Shown one piece after another: positions 49,190-62,214 of a stretch of 64,000 bases of DNA. The stretch comes from Octopus bimaculoides. Taxonomy: Eukaryota. The notes beneath the pieces are model-generated. The model saw nothing but the letters and a program-made list of their open reading frames with translations. It was not told where the DNA came from and ran no database searches. The stretch's first letter is position 1. Each line of letters begins with the position of its first letter. Location of the stretch: assembly GCF_001194135.2 (NCBI RefSeq), contig NC_068994.1, positions 36,159,871 through 36,223,870 of the forward strand. Direction: 5' to 3'. A program made the position numbers and the translations under genes.

Positions 49190-50245
49190 GTGTATTTATA
49201 CGCATGGGCCGTAACTGCTGAGGACATGCGTAAGCTCGCAAGGAATGAAGCCAATACGCTCCGATGGATGTGTAATGTCAGTGTGCATACTCGACAGAGT
49301 GTAAGTACCTTGAGAGAAAAGTTGAACCTAAGAAGCATTAGTTGTGGTGTGCAAGAGAGACGATTGCACTGGTATGGTCATGTGGCAAGAATGGATGAGA
49401 ATAGCTGTGAAAAAGTGCTACACCCTAGCGGTTGAGGGAACCTGCAGAAGAGGTAGATCCAGGAAGACCTGCGATGAGGTGGTGAAGCACGACCTTTGAA
49501 CATTAAGCCTCACCGAGGTAATGACTTGTGACCAAGACTTTTGGAAATATGCTGTGCGTGAGAAAACCCGGCAAGCCAAGTGAGACCATAATCCGAGGCC
49601 TCTGCCAGGGGTGTAGCCAGCCCACTTATGCATACCTTTCCTCCATTGGACACTAAACTCCACTTGTGAAGACCTGTTGAGGCAAGTGAAATCGAAATCG
49701 AACTAAATTTGACGACTGGCACCCATTCCAACGTCTCCTTCATTGGACACTAAACTCGGCTTGCGCAGACCTGTTGGGGCAAGTGAAAGTGAAATTGTGA
49801 TAGCACTTGTACCAGTGGGGCGCTAAGAGCACCGTCCAAGCGTGATCGTTGCCAGAGCAGCTGTCTGGCTTCTGTGCCGGTAGCACGTAAATAACACAAT
49901 TTGAGCATGATCGTTACCAACATCGCCTTCCTGGCACTCATGCCAGTGGCACGTGAAAAGACATTCGAGCAAGGTCATTGCCAGTGCTGCTGTGCAGGTG
50001 GCACGTAAAATACACCATTTTGAGCATGGCCGTTGCCAATACCGCTTGACGGGCCTTCGTGCCAGTGGTACGTAAAAGCACCCAAACACTCTTGGCGTTA
50101 GGAAGGGCATCAAGCTGTAGAAATTCTGCCAGATCAGATTGGAGCCTGGTGTAGCCATCTGGTTCACCAGTCCTGAGTTAAATCATCCAACTCATGCTAG
50201 CATGGAAGGCAGACGTTAAACAATGATGATGATGATGATGATGAT
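49190..50245 (+). mobile_element. RTE LINE 3' end with repeat-rich 3' UTR and (GAT)n tail
   Basis: AWAVTAEDMRKL...RRLHWYGHVARMDE; then two ~105-bp repeats and several ~60-70-bp repeats (gtgccggtggcacgtaaaa...gagcgtgatcgttgccag); ends gctagcatggaaggcagacgttaaac(aatg)atgatg. Confidence 0.9.
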
Positions 50246-50273
50246 ATATATATGCATGTATGTATATATATAC

Positions 50274-50313
<40 letters not shown>

Positions 50314-50318
50314 ATTTG

Positions 50319-50349
<31 letters not shown>

Positions 50350-50469
50350 TTATGTATGTATATATAGCTGTAAATATATATGTATATATGTACATATGTA
50401 TTTATATATATACATATATATATATATGTATATATACATGTGTGTGTGTGTGTGTATATATATATATGT

Positions 50470-50692
50470 ATATATATATGTGTGTGTGTATGTTTGTGTC
50501 TGTGTTTGTCCCCCCAACATCACTTGACAACCCATGGTGGTGTGTTTACATCCCCATAACTTAGTGGTTTGACAGAAGAGACCGATAGAATAAGTACTAG
50601 GTTTACAAAGAATAAGTCCTGGGGTTGATTTGCTCGACTAAAGGTGGTGCTTCAGCATGGCCGCAGTCAAATGACTAAAACAAGTAAAAGAG
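50470..50692 (+). mobile_element. SINE family B 3' half
   Basis: tgtttgtccccccaacatcacttgacaacc...ggtggtgcttcagcatggccgcagtcaaatgactaaaacaagtaaaag. Confidence 0.85.
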
Positions 50693-50760
<68 letters not shown>

Positions 50761-50998
50761 TATGTATATATNNNNNNNNNNAGCCTGACGTTGTCCGGGC
50801 GTGACTTATTATGCTATCTACGATAAGTCTTGCTAGGTGAAAAATCAACTAAAAAAGAAAGCGTTACAACAAAAGAACCCTTATGATGTAAATATGTTCA
50901 AATTCAAAAGACAATGAAATTAATATGGAAAGTCTGAAGGCTGTTTTGCGTAACATTATTAAGCGTATGTAAATTTCATCCGTCTAATTGTATATATG

Positions 50999-51030
<32 letters not shown>

Positions 51031-51249
51031 GATATGTTCATACATAGATATGCATCTGTATGTGTATCTATATATATATATATATATATATGAAATATGG
51101 AGGTTTAGTTTACAGGTGATCTAAACTATTAGGTACACTAGGTAAGTGCTGTAATAGATTACTTGCACACCAAGTTTATAGCTGCGACGGTAGTTATGGA
51201 GCCATTGCTGATTTTCGATATAGCAGATATATATAATTGTTAAAGAGGA

Positions 51250-52020
51250 TAACAAACGTTAAGGCAAGGCAAACATCTTAAGTCATATACATTATTTTTA
51301 TTTGAAAAAATTGAAAGTCCTAAAGCTGTTTCTGGGATCACCCAGAGTATGGGATTTTCTGTCATCACAAATAAATAGGGAAAATGATGACATAGAGGAC
51401 AGGAGTAAAGGAATAAGGAGATGAAAAAGGAAGCATAAATGTTCACAATTCAGCTTTCTGACCTTGTAGAAATAAGTCCATAAGTCCTTAGTTGCAATCA
51501 CGTAAATCCTTGTGGGCTAAAGTCCTGATATTGTAAACATCCAGAAGAAACACGTGAATATATCAACAATCAATAAAAGAATGGTAGTGGGTTCGCTATT
51601 AAGTAGTAAATTTAGAGAAAAGTAAATAAATAGAAACGGAGATAGATAGAGTGAGAGGGGATGTTTAGGATTGACTTTAAGGATACAATAAGGTATATAA
51701 GCATATATTGTGTAAGAATATAGTGTACAAAGATAGCCAAGGAGATAAGAATGAGGAGGAGGTGGATGCAGAGCAAGATAACAGAAAAAATAAACAAAAT
51801 AGAGTAACATGAAAGGAATTTAAAGAGAAAAGTATGTGCCAGTGGTATTCTTCTAATCTATAGGGGTTAGGGACGAAATCTAGTTGTAAATATTCTTCTG
51901 TCTATTCTGGCTAAGGTCAGTGGTTGTATTTTTAGCAATGGGGTTATGGGTGTGTAGGTAATCATGAATGGAGAAACTAGTTGAATGTTAAATTATTTAG
52001 GAGTAGGATCAGAATTAAAT
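51250..52020 (-). mobile_element. Possible Penelope-like 3' end with decayed hammerhead remnant
   Basis: Minus strand gives SFSIHDY...IAKNT...KNIYN*ISSLTP (GIY-YIG tail-like), then tgatga...tggg-tgat-ccca-gaaac-agct-tta at 51316-51368. Confidence 0.4.
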
Positions 52021-52028
52021 ATTAGGGG

Positions 52029-52062
<34 letters not shown>

Positions 52063-52065
<3 letters not shown>

Positions 52066-52725
52066 CAAGTGCACATTACCAGGATGGCGACAAAGTGCAG
52101 ACGACTAGCTGGATGGATCCGAAGAACATTCAGATCAGAGATAAGGAAACCATGTTGGACCTATGGATAAGGAAACCACAATCGTCCTTAGCCTGCTGGA
52201 TTACTGCTTTCAGCTATGGTTACCCAACAGTGTAAAATTAACAGCGGACCTTGAAGCAATCCAGCGAAGCTTAACAAAGTTGGGAACGGCTGAAAGATCT
52301 AGACTCTACTCCCTAGAGCAAAGGCAGGAGAGATATGCAATAATATACATCTGGAAGACCCTGGAGGGGATTGTGCCAAATTTTGGCAGTGAAAGCTACA
52401 CCAATGCCAGAACGGGTCGACACTGCATAGTGCCAAAGATCGCAGCAATGCCATTGTGTGTCAGGGCCACTTACTGCAAAAGCCTGGGTTTCAAGGGCCC
52501 ACAGCTTTTTAATATTCTCCCGAAGAGCCAAAGGAACCTACACAAAGTAGATCCATGCATTTTTAAATCAAGGCTGGACCTCTTCCTGTGAAGAGTCCCA
52601 GATGAGTGTAGCTACATCAAACTCCTTACTTCACCAAGTGCCGCATATTGGAGGAGGCTCTCAGTGATAACAGTGTCGCAAAACAGTGGTGCATCAGCAT
52701 GGCCACAGCTCTGAGCTAAACTACA
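52063..52725 (+). mobile_element. CR1-like LINE 3' fragment, second copy
   Basis: ORF 52163-52591 (LDYCFQLWLP...LEAIQRS...RLYSLEQRQERYAIIYIWK...NARTGRHC) and a 3' UTR similar to 17960-18190; ends in an A-run. Confidence 0.9.
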
Positions 52726-52760
52726 AAAAAAAAAAAGTAACATATATATATATATATGTA

Positions 52761-52801
<41 letters not shown>

Positions 52802-52844
52802 CATGTGTGTGCGTAGTGTATATACATGAATATGTAGATATACA

Positions 52845-52980
<136 letters not shown>

Positions 52981-55263
52981 TATAAAATAAGGATAAAAAT
53001 CATGTTAATGATAATTATTAGGTAGTTAGCATGGAAATATATATATGAATGTATGTGTGTGTGTGTGTGTGTGTAGTACCCTCATTCGATGAACAAGTTG
53101 TATTTTATCATTGATTTACATTAATATATTTGTGGATATGAAATATACCAAATATTTTTAAAGTAAGTTTTGAAGATTATAAAAATATATTTCACCTTTG
53201 TCTTAGAAGAGCAGTAAATAATTCTGAACATTAAAAGCATGGTAACAGGTCTAAAATTTCAACTGCTTCAATTAAACATTAAAATGCATTAGGATAATAC
53301 AGAATCATTTTTTGCAGTAGAAGAAAGAGTATGTTTTGTTGGGTTTTTAAGTTACAAGGCTGAGAAACTATTTGATAAATTTTTGAAATAATTTTAAAAG
53401 CTTGGACCTTCTATTCTATAACATATTAGGTTACAAGTAATTTATTTTTATGAAATATGAACATCTAGAATGAATACATGTGGTTTGTTAAGTGATTCAG
53501 TTTTATCAATGGCGTTTCTTGGATCAATAAAGAATTTAATATATGAGTATAAAAACGATGATTTATACTCTTAAGCTACTAAGAGCTTATTTCAACCTTT
53601 CTGTTTGGAACGTAGCATTGGTTTGGTATTCTATGTTTCTTTCATTGAAAATTAGACTTTGGTGCCCGTTTCAGAATTTGTATTAAGTCTGTTTGAAATG
53701 ATAGATAAAATCTAAAATAATTGTAGTAGAATAAATTTTATTTAAATCAAATGAATTTGCAATATATACATTTTTGTTTTTCCATCAGTAGGAATAATAT
53801 GAAATCACTACTTGTCAAAAAACAAAAATATATGCTAAGATCAAGACGCAGTACTTCATCATATACAAATGTTTATATTGAGATCTAAAAGTTAAGATGA
53901 AGCAGCATATATTAATATTAATATAGTGGAAATAAAAGAAATGTGGTTTTGGTGCACATAGAAGAGAACTAGACACGATATTTTATATCTACTTCTGATT
54001 TCATGGCTTGGTGATAAAATCCTGAAATTACTGGCTTTGTCTTTCCTGGGTTGATTGCTAAAATGTATTCAATATTCTGAAAAAATGTGTAACAGGACAC
54101 AGTTTGAGACATTCTATTTGAATTGCATTCATACATTAATAATGATTAAGTTTCCACTACTCATATAATGGCTTCTACTCCTTAAAGTTAGCTGGGCTCA
54201 TTTTTTCACTCAAACATTTCCAACCCACTTGTCTCTCCTACTCTTATCAGCTTTGTTATATCCATTTCCACCAAGTCTTGCAGTATTCACTCTGTCCAGT
54301 CCTTCCTTACTAGAACATCTTTCCTCTAGAATCTCACAGACATTGACTTGCAAAGGTTCAAAAAGGAACATTGTTAGCAATTCTTGTGAGAGTACATGTG
54401 AGAGCACACTGTCTTCCTCTGATCCAGCAAATCAAAAAATCAAATTTAAAAAAAAAAAGAATTGGAAGTTGTGAATTGATAACTGGTAAATTTAAGGAAA
54501 ATGAAGTCTATCAAAATGTAATGTGTAAGGTATGAATCACTGTTAATTTTGTGAGAATGTGAGAATATAAGAGTAATGGAGTGGGTATAAACATAATAAA
54601 TAGAAAGCTATAGTTCATAACTTAAGTTTGCTTGAATATGAATTGTAGTTATTGTGGTTTGTATCTTCATTAGTGCCAATTTCTTTTATATCTGTAAATC
54701 TGTAATATTTTGAAGTGAGTTTTCTAGTACTGTATAACTTAAGAATAATGGTATCTGTAAAGCTATAATTAAATTATGTAACTTAAAGAATATATTAAAT
54801 GTTATAAGTTAAATGGAATTGAAATATCATTCACTACAAAGGTATAGTAACAATGGAGAGTTAATTTACTATATAAATTTGCAGCCAGCCCTCATATGCA
54901 AGTATGTATGGCTTAGTTTCACTAATTGTTTTGGGTGCCAATGTATCATCATCAGGCATGCACACCCTCTTTGTCCTTGACTCAGAGCAACATACTAGAT
55001 ATGAAAGCTGGAGGGAGAGAGGGTTGTGTTTGTAGCCTGGCTGATACTCATTACTGTTGAGTAAACTGGAGTAATATGACATGAAGAGTCTTGCTCAAGG
55101 ATACAATGCACTGTATAAAATTATGAACCCATAATCTTATGATCGTAAAGTAAACATCCTAACTACTGAGTTACACACTTGCACAATTTACCATATAGGG
55201 TTAAATTGTTTGAATTTTGAATTACAGGAGATATTAACAGTAGAGATGATTTAACTGTTGCAG

Positions 55264-55330
55264 TTACATCCCAGAGTCAAAGCATCACTGAAATTGTTTG
55301 TTTCCTTCAGTGTTGACAAAATAGTGAATA
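55264..55330 (+). CDS. Candidate internal exon, copy 1 (LHPRVKASLKLFVSFSVDKIVN)
   Basis: TTGCAG acceptor, GTGAGT donor, only frame 0 open; an inner acceptor would give 55311-55330. No homolog recognised. Confidence 0.25.
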
Positions 55331-55747
55331 GTGAGTGTAACAAATAAATAAGGTGTGGTGAGGGAGAGTAACATAAGGTTTAAGTTTTGAAATAAAGAAA
55401 TGAGCAAATATTAAAACTGCTGTGAGTAGATTATTTACTGCATGATAAACTTTATCCTTATAACAATTTTCAAATATTAGATGATAGAAGATATGAACAA
55501 ATATTGTAAATGTTATACATGCACATACATATAAATTCTGATGCTTACTGTATAATATACAATTCTCAGATACGTCCTACAGATAGACTGTAATCAGTTA
55601 ATGAGAAAATTAATACAACCATCCTGAAATATGAAACGTACAAATGAAATGGTTCCATATAGTGAAATTTTCATGACAATATGTATGTGTATGTATAGAA
55701 GTACATATTTGTAGTTGTGTAAATGTGTGAGTATATGCAAACATGCA

Positions 55748-55802
<55 letters not shown>

Positions 55803-55950
55803 ATGTGTACATATACATATATATATGTTTATATACATGTATGTATGTTTGTACTTGTGTGAAAGGATATGCATATAGGTACATATTTGAACTGGTGTTA
55901 TTGGATATGTATGTGTATATATATTTGTACAAGTGCAAACAGATATAAGT

Positions 55951-55990
<40 letters not shown>

Positions 55991-56157
55991 TCACATTCAC
56001 ATTCAGGAAGTAAATTCACAACCTTATGCCTTATGATAGTAAAGCAAACATCCTCACTACTGATCCACATGCTTTTACAATTTACCATACAGTATCAAAT
56101 TGTTTTCTTTTGCTATATCCAGTAATTCAAAATTGAGAAATAATTTAACTGTTGCAG

Positions 56158-56224
56158 GTACATCCCAGAGTCAAAGCATCACTGAAATTGTCTGCTAGCT
56201 TCAGTGTTGAGAAAATAGCAAATA
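56158..56224 (+). CDS. Candidate internal exon, copy 2 (VHPRVKASLKLSASFSVEKIAN)
   Basis: TTGCAG acceptor, GTAAGT donor, same single open frame as copy 1. Confidence 0.25.
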
Positions 56225-56499
56225 GTAAGTGTAACAAGTGGATAAGGTGTGGTGGGGGAGAGTAGCATAAGGTTTAAGTTTTGAAATAAAGAAATGAGAA
56301 AATATTAAATTGTTGTGAGTAGATTATTTATTACGTGATAAACTTTATCTTTATAAGAGTTTTCAAATATTGGATGATAGAAGATATGAATGAATATTTT
56401 AAATGTTATATATGCACATACATACAAATTCTGTTGCATACTATACAATTCAGAGTTATTAGACATGACCTACTGATAGACTGAAAACTATTATCATTT

Positions 56500-56850
56500 A
56501 CATTTTACTTTTTGCTCACTTCAGTCATTAGACTACTTTCATTCTGGGACACCACCTTGAAGAAGACGTTTTAGCTGAATGAATTGATCCAGTATTCTTT
56601 TTTCTTAAGCCTGATACTTATTCTGTCAGTGATTTTTGTCGAACCACTATGTTATCAGGACATAAGCACACTAACATTGGTTGGCAAGTGGTGATGGGGA
56701 TCACACATACAAAGACACACACACACACTATATATATATATATGTCTACCAAATCTACTCACAAGGCTTTGGTTAGCCTGAGGCTATAGTAGAAGACACT
56801 TGCCCAACGTGCCACACAGTAGGAGTGAAACCAGAACCATGTAATTGAGA
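56500..56850 (-). mobile_element. SINE family B copy inside duplication copy 2
   Basis: Reverse complement of the family B consensus; absent from copy 1. Confidence 0.85.
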
Positions 56851-57038
56851 GGCACACATGTGCTTATTAATGGGAAAACTAATAAAATCATCCTGAAATA
56901 AATACATACATGTAAACATACACACCATGCAGTGAAATTTTCTTAGCTATACATGTAAGTTATGTGTGAATGCATACATGCATGTGTGTGTGTGTGCATT
57001 TATGTATATGGGTACATATTTGTAGATGTGTAAATCTG

Positions 57039-57092
<54 letters not shown>

Positions 57093-57105
57093 CACATAGA
57101 GTATC

Positions 57106-57176
<71 letters not shown>

Positions 57177-57878
57177 ACATGTGAAAATAGAGAAGTTTGC
57201 ATCTGCATATATGAGTACAAATTTGTATATTTTTGAATGTATTATTTATTCATAAATATATATATGTATCTTATTTAAGTATGTGTGTTTTTTTTGTAGA
57301 GCTGAAAGATAATTGTAAAATGAAATTGAGTAAAAACAAAAAAACCACTGTAAAGGAAAGAAAAAAGCCTATACATTTCTATTTTAGGATACCTCTGATA
57401 TAAACTATCATTAAAAGTTTATGCTATACATGAACTCATAAATGTAAAAAATATGTCTGCTTTTGAAGAAAAGTAATTTATTAAAAACTATACAAAAGAT
57501 TAATAAAAATGAAAGTAAATTTAGTCAGTCTCCTCTATTTTAGTGCTTTACCATCATGCTTTTTCTCTTACTGGGCCTCTTGATAGTTAAATTTTTCTAA
57601 TTGTCTACTTGTACTAACAAAATAAACATGTAATTTGTTCATTTATAAATAGTAAAATAATCTGTGAAATAATTCTAATGTAGTAGACTGTGGAAAAAGT
57701 CACAGAAAATTTCTATTTATAAATATGCTATTTTGTTACAGTATAATTATTTATATAAAATTAGTAGCTAATTTCGAATCATTTGAGACAGACAATAATA
57801 TTGATTTGCTTGTTACACTATAAATCCATACATTCTTATCATTACTAAGTCAGTAAAAAGCTTTTGTGATACAACTAG

Positions 57879-57916
57879 GAGAAACTTATCGCTTCTCTCA
57901 GATCAGACAAATGCAG
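57879..57916 (+). CDS. Candidate short internal exon
   Basis: Consensus donor GCAG|GTAAGT at 57916/57917, acceptor CTAG at 57878; all three frames are open. Confidence 0.25.
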
Positions 57917-58945
57917 GTAAGTAATTTGTTAATGCAGGTAGGTAGATGAAAGTTACATACTTACACACAATAGTTTTAAGCTTTTACACAAACAATTCTA
58001 AGATACATGTTAATTTAATTTTGATTTTCTTATATAGTGGGAATAAGATTTGTTGAAGCAAATATTGAAAAAAAACATGTTTTTCTTTTACTTTACTGAT
58101 AGCTGTGTATATTCAAAGCTTCTCTTAACAAGAAACAGGTATTGAAAAGAAAAAGTAGAAGAAATAACTACTCACCAAGATAAGTAAATAGGTTCCAGTT
58201 TATCATTAGATGCGATGTGTATCCTGCTGTAGAATTGTATCGTTACTGCTGCTGTTGTGTGCTGGCAGTACTGTGTACTTTGGTCTGTGATATTGTATGG
58301 ATGTATGAGAGAGAGATAGAGAGAGAGTGATAGAGAGGTCTGCAACCTATCAAGTGTGGTGTATGTAATATCTGCTACAGCCAATGACAAGCTGTTTATG
58401 GTTCCCATGGAAGGGAAACAAAAACTCTATTACTTTAGATTCTTGCTGCAAAGAAGTTAATAAAAGAATGAGTCACATATAATCCAATAAACATTCATTT
58501 ATATGTATTTTTGTGTATGATTAAATGTTTGTGTAAACGTTTGTATTTTATGTATATGTATGTATATGTATACACACGCAAACAAACACACATGCACCCA
58601 CCCACCCACACACACAAACAACCATATACATATACAGACGTATATGTATATGTAATCATATGTATGTATATGTATATATATGTGTATATATATAAATATG
58701 TATATATGTGTAAGTATATATATGTATATATATATGTGTAAGTATATATATGTATATAAATATGTGTATATATATGTATATATATGTATGTATATATATA
58801 TGTATATATNNNNNNNNNNNNNNNNNNNNNNNNNNNNNNNNNNNNNNNNNNNNNNNNNNNNNNNNNNNNNNNNNNNNNNNNNNNNNNNNNNNNNNNNNNN
58901 NNNNNNNNNATATATATAACATCACCCATTTTCCCATTTTGTGAA

Positions 58946-59280
58946 GGTGCATGGCTCATTGGCTAGAGCATCAATCTTACAACCATGAGGTCGCGAGTTC
59001 TAATCCCGGACCGGGCTGCGTGTTGTGTTCTTGAGCAAGACACTTTATTTCATGTTGCTTCAGTTCACTCAGCTGTAGAAATGAGAAGCGACATCACTGA
59101 TGCCAAGCTGTATCGGCCTTTGCCTTTCCTTTGGATAACATCGGTGGCATGGAAAGGGGAGCCTGGGATGCATGGGCAACTGCTAGTTTTCCATAAACAA
59201 CCTTGCCCAGACTTGTGCCTCAGAGGATAACTTTTTAGGTGCAATCCGATGGTCATTCATGACTGAAGGGGGTCTCTGAC
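58946..59280 (+). mobile_element. SINE family C copy, nearly full length
   Basis: tRNA-like head (ggctcattggctagagc...gagttctaatcccgg) plus the body shared with 44446-44740. Confidence 0.88.
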
Positions 59281-59499
59281 CCATTTTCCATCCCTGTGGA
59301 TGTATTACAAATACAATGTTGGTGTCATGTAAAAAGCACTGAGTCCACTCTGTGAAGTGGTTGGCTTTCAGCTATAAAATCTATACCAAACAGACCTCAC
59401 TGGTGCTGGTGCCACATAAAAAGCACCCAGTCCACTCTGTAAAGTGGTTTACATTAGGAAGGGCATCCAGTCATAAAAACCATGCCTAAAAGGTTAAGT

Positions 59500-59832
59500 T
59501 TGGTTCAGTCATCTTGTCTAGAAGACAGATGATGATGTGTGCTAACTAGCTTGCTTCCCAACCAGATGGTTCTGAGTTCAGTCCCACTGTGTAGCACCTT
59601 GGACAAGTGTCTTCTTCTATAGCCTAGGGCTGACCACAAAGCCTTGTGAGTGGAACCCATATACTCAGTCAAATCGTCCAACCCATGGGTTACACGATTT
59701 GACTGAGGACTGGCGAACCAGATGGTTACACCATGCTCCAATCTGATTTAGCAGAGTTTCTACAGCTGGATGCCCTTCCTTACGCCAACCACTCTGAGAG
59801 TGAAGTGGGTGCTTTTACGTGCCGCTGGCATG
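59500..59832 (-). mobile_element. RTE 3' UTR fragment interrupted by a SINE B head (59540-59660, +)
   Basis: ctcagtcaaatcgtccaaccc...ggatgcccttccttacgccaaccactctgagagtg matches pieces of 62400-62560, with some rearrangement. Confidence 0.65.
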
Positions 59833-59882
59833 TAATAATATAAAAACATATATATACATACATATATATATAGAGAGAGATT

Positions 59883-59957
<75 letters not shown>

Positions 59958-60296
59958 AATTGATATGTAATTGAATAGTTAATACTCTAGTTAATAATAC
60001 ATAGGCATTTGAATTAATTTTTTACAATCCAGCCATCCTTTGACACTGATGTTCGTCGGCCTTAAAACTCTCCATTTGAACAGACATATATATGGGAATT
60101 GCTTATATCTCAAAAATGTATATAAGTTGAAAGAAAGTGTTGGCATTTTGATGTTTTAATAATTGTTTATGTTGTCTTGTTATATTATATTATATTCATA
60201 GAATATTATGTTATATTATAATATAAATAAATCATCAGATTGTCAATTGCATCTCTCTGATTTTATCTATATATACACACACACACATATATATAT

Positions 60297-61385
60297 CAGG
60301 TCATCCAGTATGAAATTTGTCGAAAAGAAATAAGTTTGCTAATGTTTTACAAATACAAGGAATAGTTTTATTCATCAGTGTATGCCTCCATATTGTCAAT
60401 ACACTTTTGCCATTTCAGCAGTAGCTTGTCCAGTCTGGAACTGAAAAAGCCTGGCAATCTAGAGTCAATAAAATCTGGGAAGACCTGTTTTACATCATTG
60501 TCGGAATTAAATTTTTTCCTATCAAATAGTTATCCAAATTCTGGAAGAAGTGGTCGTTAGTGGGGTCAACATCAGGTGAGTATGGTGGATGATGGATAAC
60601 TTCCAACTCCATCTCCTGTAGTTTTACCAATGTCATTTTTGCAATGTGTGGTCTAGCGTTGTCTTGCAATAAAATATGACTGGCTCTGTTGACTAATTTA
60701 GGCTGCTTTTTGTAAGTTTCTGTATCATTTGGTCCAGTTGGCTGCAGTATACTTCAGCCGTGATTGAGGAGCCAGGTTTAATGAAATCATAATAGATCAC
60801 ACCTGCACCAGACCACCAAACACACCATCAGATTCTTCTAAATAATTTTGCTTTTTGGACTGTGTTTTAGAGGCTCGTCTTTGTCCAACCATTGTGCTGA
60901 ATGTTTATGATTGTTGTATTGGATTCATTTCTCATCACGTTACAATTCGATTCAAAAATGATTCATTTTTGTAATGAGAAAGTAGCATAATGAAGGTTTC
61001 CAAACCTTGCTGTTTCAGATTTTCCTTGAATTCATGTGGAACCCACTTATCCAACTTTTTCACTTTACCTATTTAAACTAGGTGAGTCAATATTGTTTGC
61101 TGGCTAACACCAAACAACAACAATAATTCACGGGCACCTTGAGATGGATCTGACATCACAGTGGCTTTCAGTTTGTCATTATCCACTTTTGCTTCTGGTT
61201 GACTGCATTGCTCATTTGTGAGGTCAAAGTTACCAGAAAGAAATTTTGCAAACCAATTTCATACTATCTACTGTGTAATAACATTAGAATGAAATACTCT
61301 ATCAATATTCTGAGTTGTCTGTGATGCTGTATTTCCTAGAAAGAACTCATATTTCAAAATTGTATGAATTTCCGCTCTGTCTCCT
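60297..61385 (-). mobile_element. Mariner transposase, near full length but with stops and frameshifts; one TIR end retained
   Basis: DRAEIHTILKYEF...NWFAKF.SGNFDL...KLDKWVPHEF...DEK...QDNARPH...HPPYSPDV...KWQKCID; TA-caggtcatcc end at ~60297. Confidence 0.92.
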
Positions 61386-61720
61386 CTATCGAACTGCTGG
61401 TATAATCTCCACGCTTTCTTGCAGAACTTGTTACCACTCAAGGGGATGTTTTTCTTCTTGCAGTCAATGACGCACAATGCCAAGGCAGACTCCATTCTGA
61501 TGAAGTGCTTATTTCTCACTATCATTATTTTTTGGCACTTCCACAGAAACCCACTGCTACGGCAGTCCTGATCACCACCTTGTTCCTCTTTTAATAGCAA
61601 CTTATGGCAGCATAACTTTTACCCTACTTGTGCCTTCTCATGGAACATCATAACCTTTTTTGGGGTAACATCTTAGGGCTTTAATAACACGCTGCAAAAA
61701 ACACAGTAATGAACAAAATA
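61386..61720 (-). mobile_element. Tigger/pogo transposase N-terminal (CENP-B-like HTH) fragment
   Basis: KKVMMFHEK...IRTAVAVGFC...VRNKHFIRMESALALCVIDCKKKNIPL...KAWRLYQQF. Confidence 0.75.
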
Positions 61721-62214
61721 CTGAAGAAAGCTACTGGACGTGGATTTTCAAAAAAAAAAAAATCTTCATTGCATCTAATATGCACATCACCAATGGGAGA
61801 TTGAGCAGAGATTAAAAATACTCATGGTTTTGAAATATTTAGTATGTATTACCATTAGATACGGTAATCTATACTATAATAACAAGATAAAGACACAGAG
61901 AGAGGGACCAGCAAGTAACCTAATTTCAATGACTGAGTGTGTTGCACAGGATTGGAACAAGCAGTTGGGTTATTATGTTGCATGTATCTATGAGTTTTTG
62001 TTGGTAGTTCACTGATATGATCAATTCTTCCTGGCCTGTATTCTTTATTTGGGTGAGTTTTCAAACCATGACATTGTGGTGGTATACAATGTGTGTCACA
62101 GTTGGAGGAATTACCTGTGTTGTGTATGCCTGCTTCTTGCATATATTAAATTTTTTCACAGTACCCTAGCTAGAGCAGCATTATATTAAGTTGCATGTGA
62201 TTCAATCAAATAAC

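Larger units (their letters stand above)
55136..57035 (+). repeat. Tandem duplication of a ~0.9-kb unit (copy 1 from 55136, copy 2 from 56030 with a later SINE insertion)
   Basis: The copies align by eye at roughly 85% identity with an offset of 894; copy 2 is interrupted at ~56500-56850. Confidence 0.9.

Noticed and set aside
49630-50090. Regularly spaced 60-105-bp repeats with internal palindromes, superficially CRISPR-like
   Set aside because: The spacers are homologous to each other, the array is part of the RTE 3' UTR (repeated at 62215-62420), the context is eukaryotic and no cas genes are present.
50223-50564. Many ORFs rich in YI/CV/HT/ER dipeptides across the window
   Set aside because: They are translations of (TA)n, (TG)n, (CA)n and (GA)n microsatellites.
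58172-58290. Minus-strand exon candidate ending TTG|GTGAGT
   Set aside because: Several alternative acceptors and frames, no recognisable peptide, and it conflicts in strand with neighbouring candidates.
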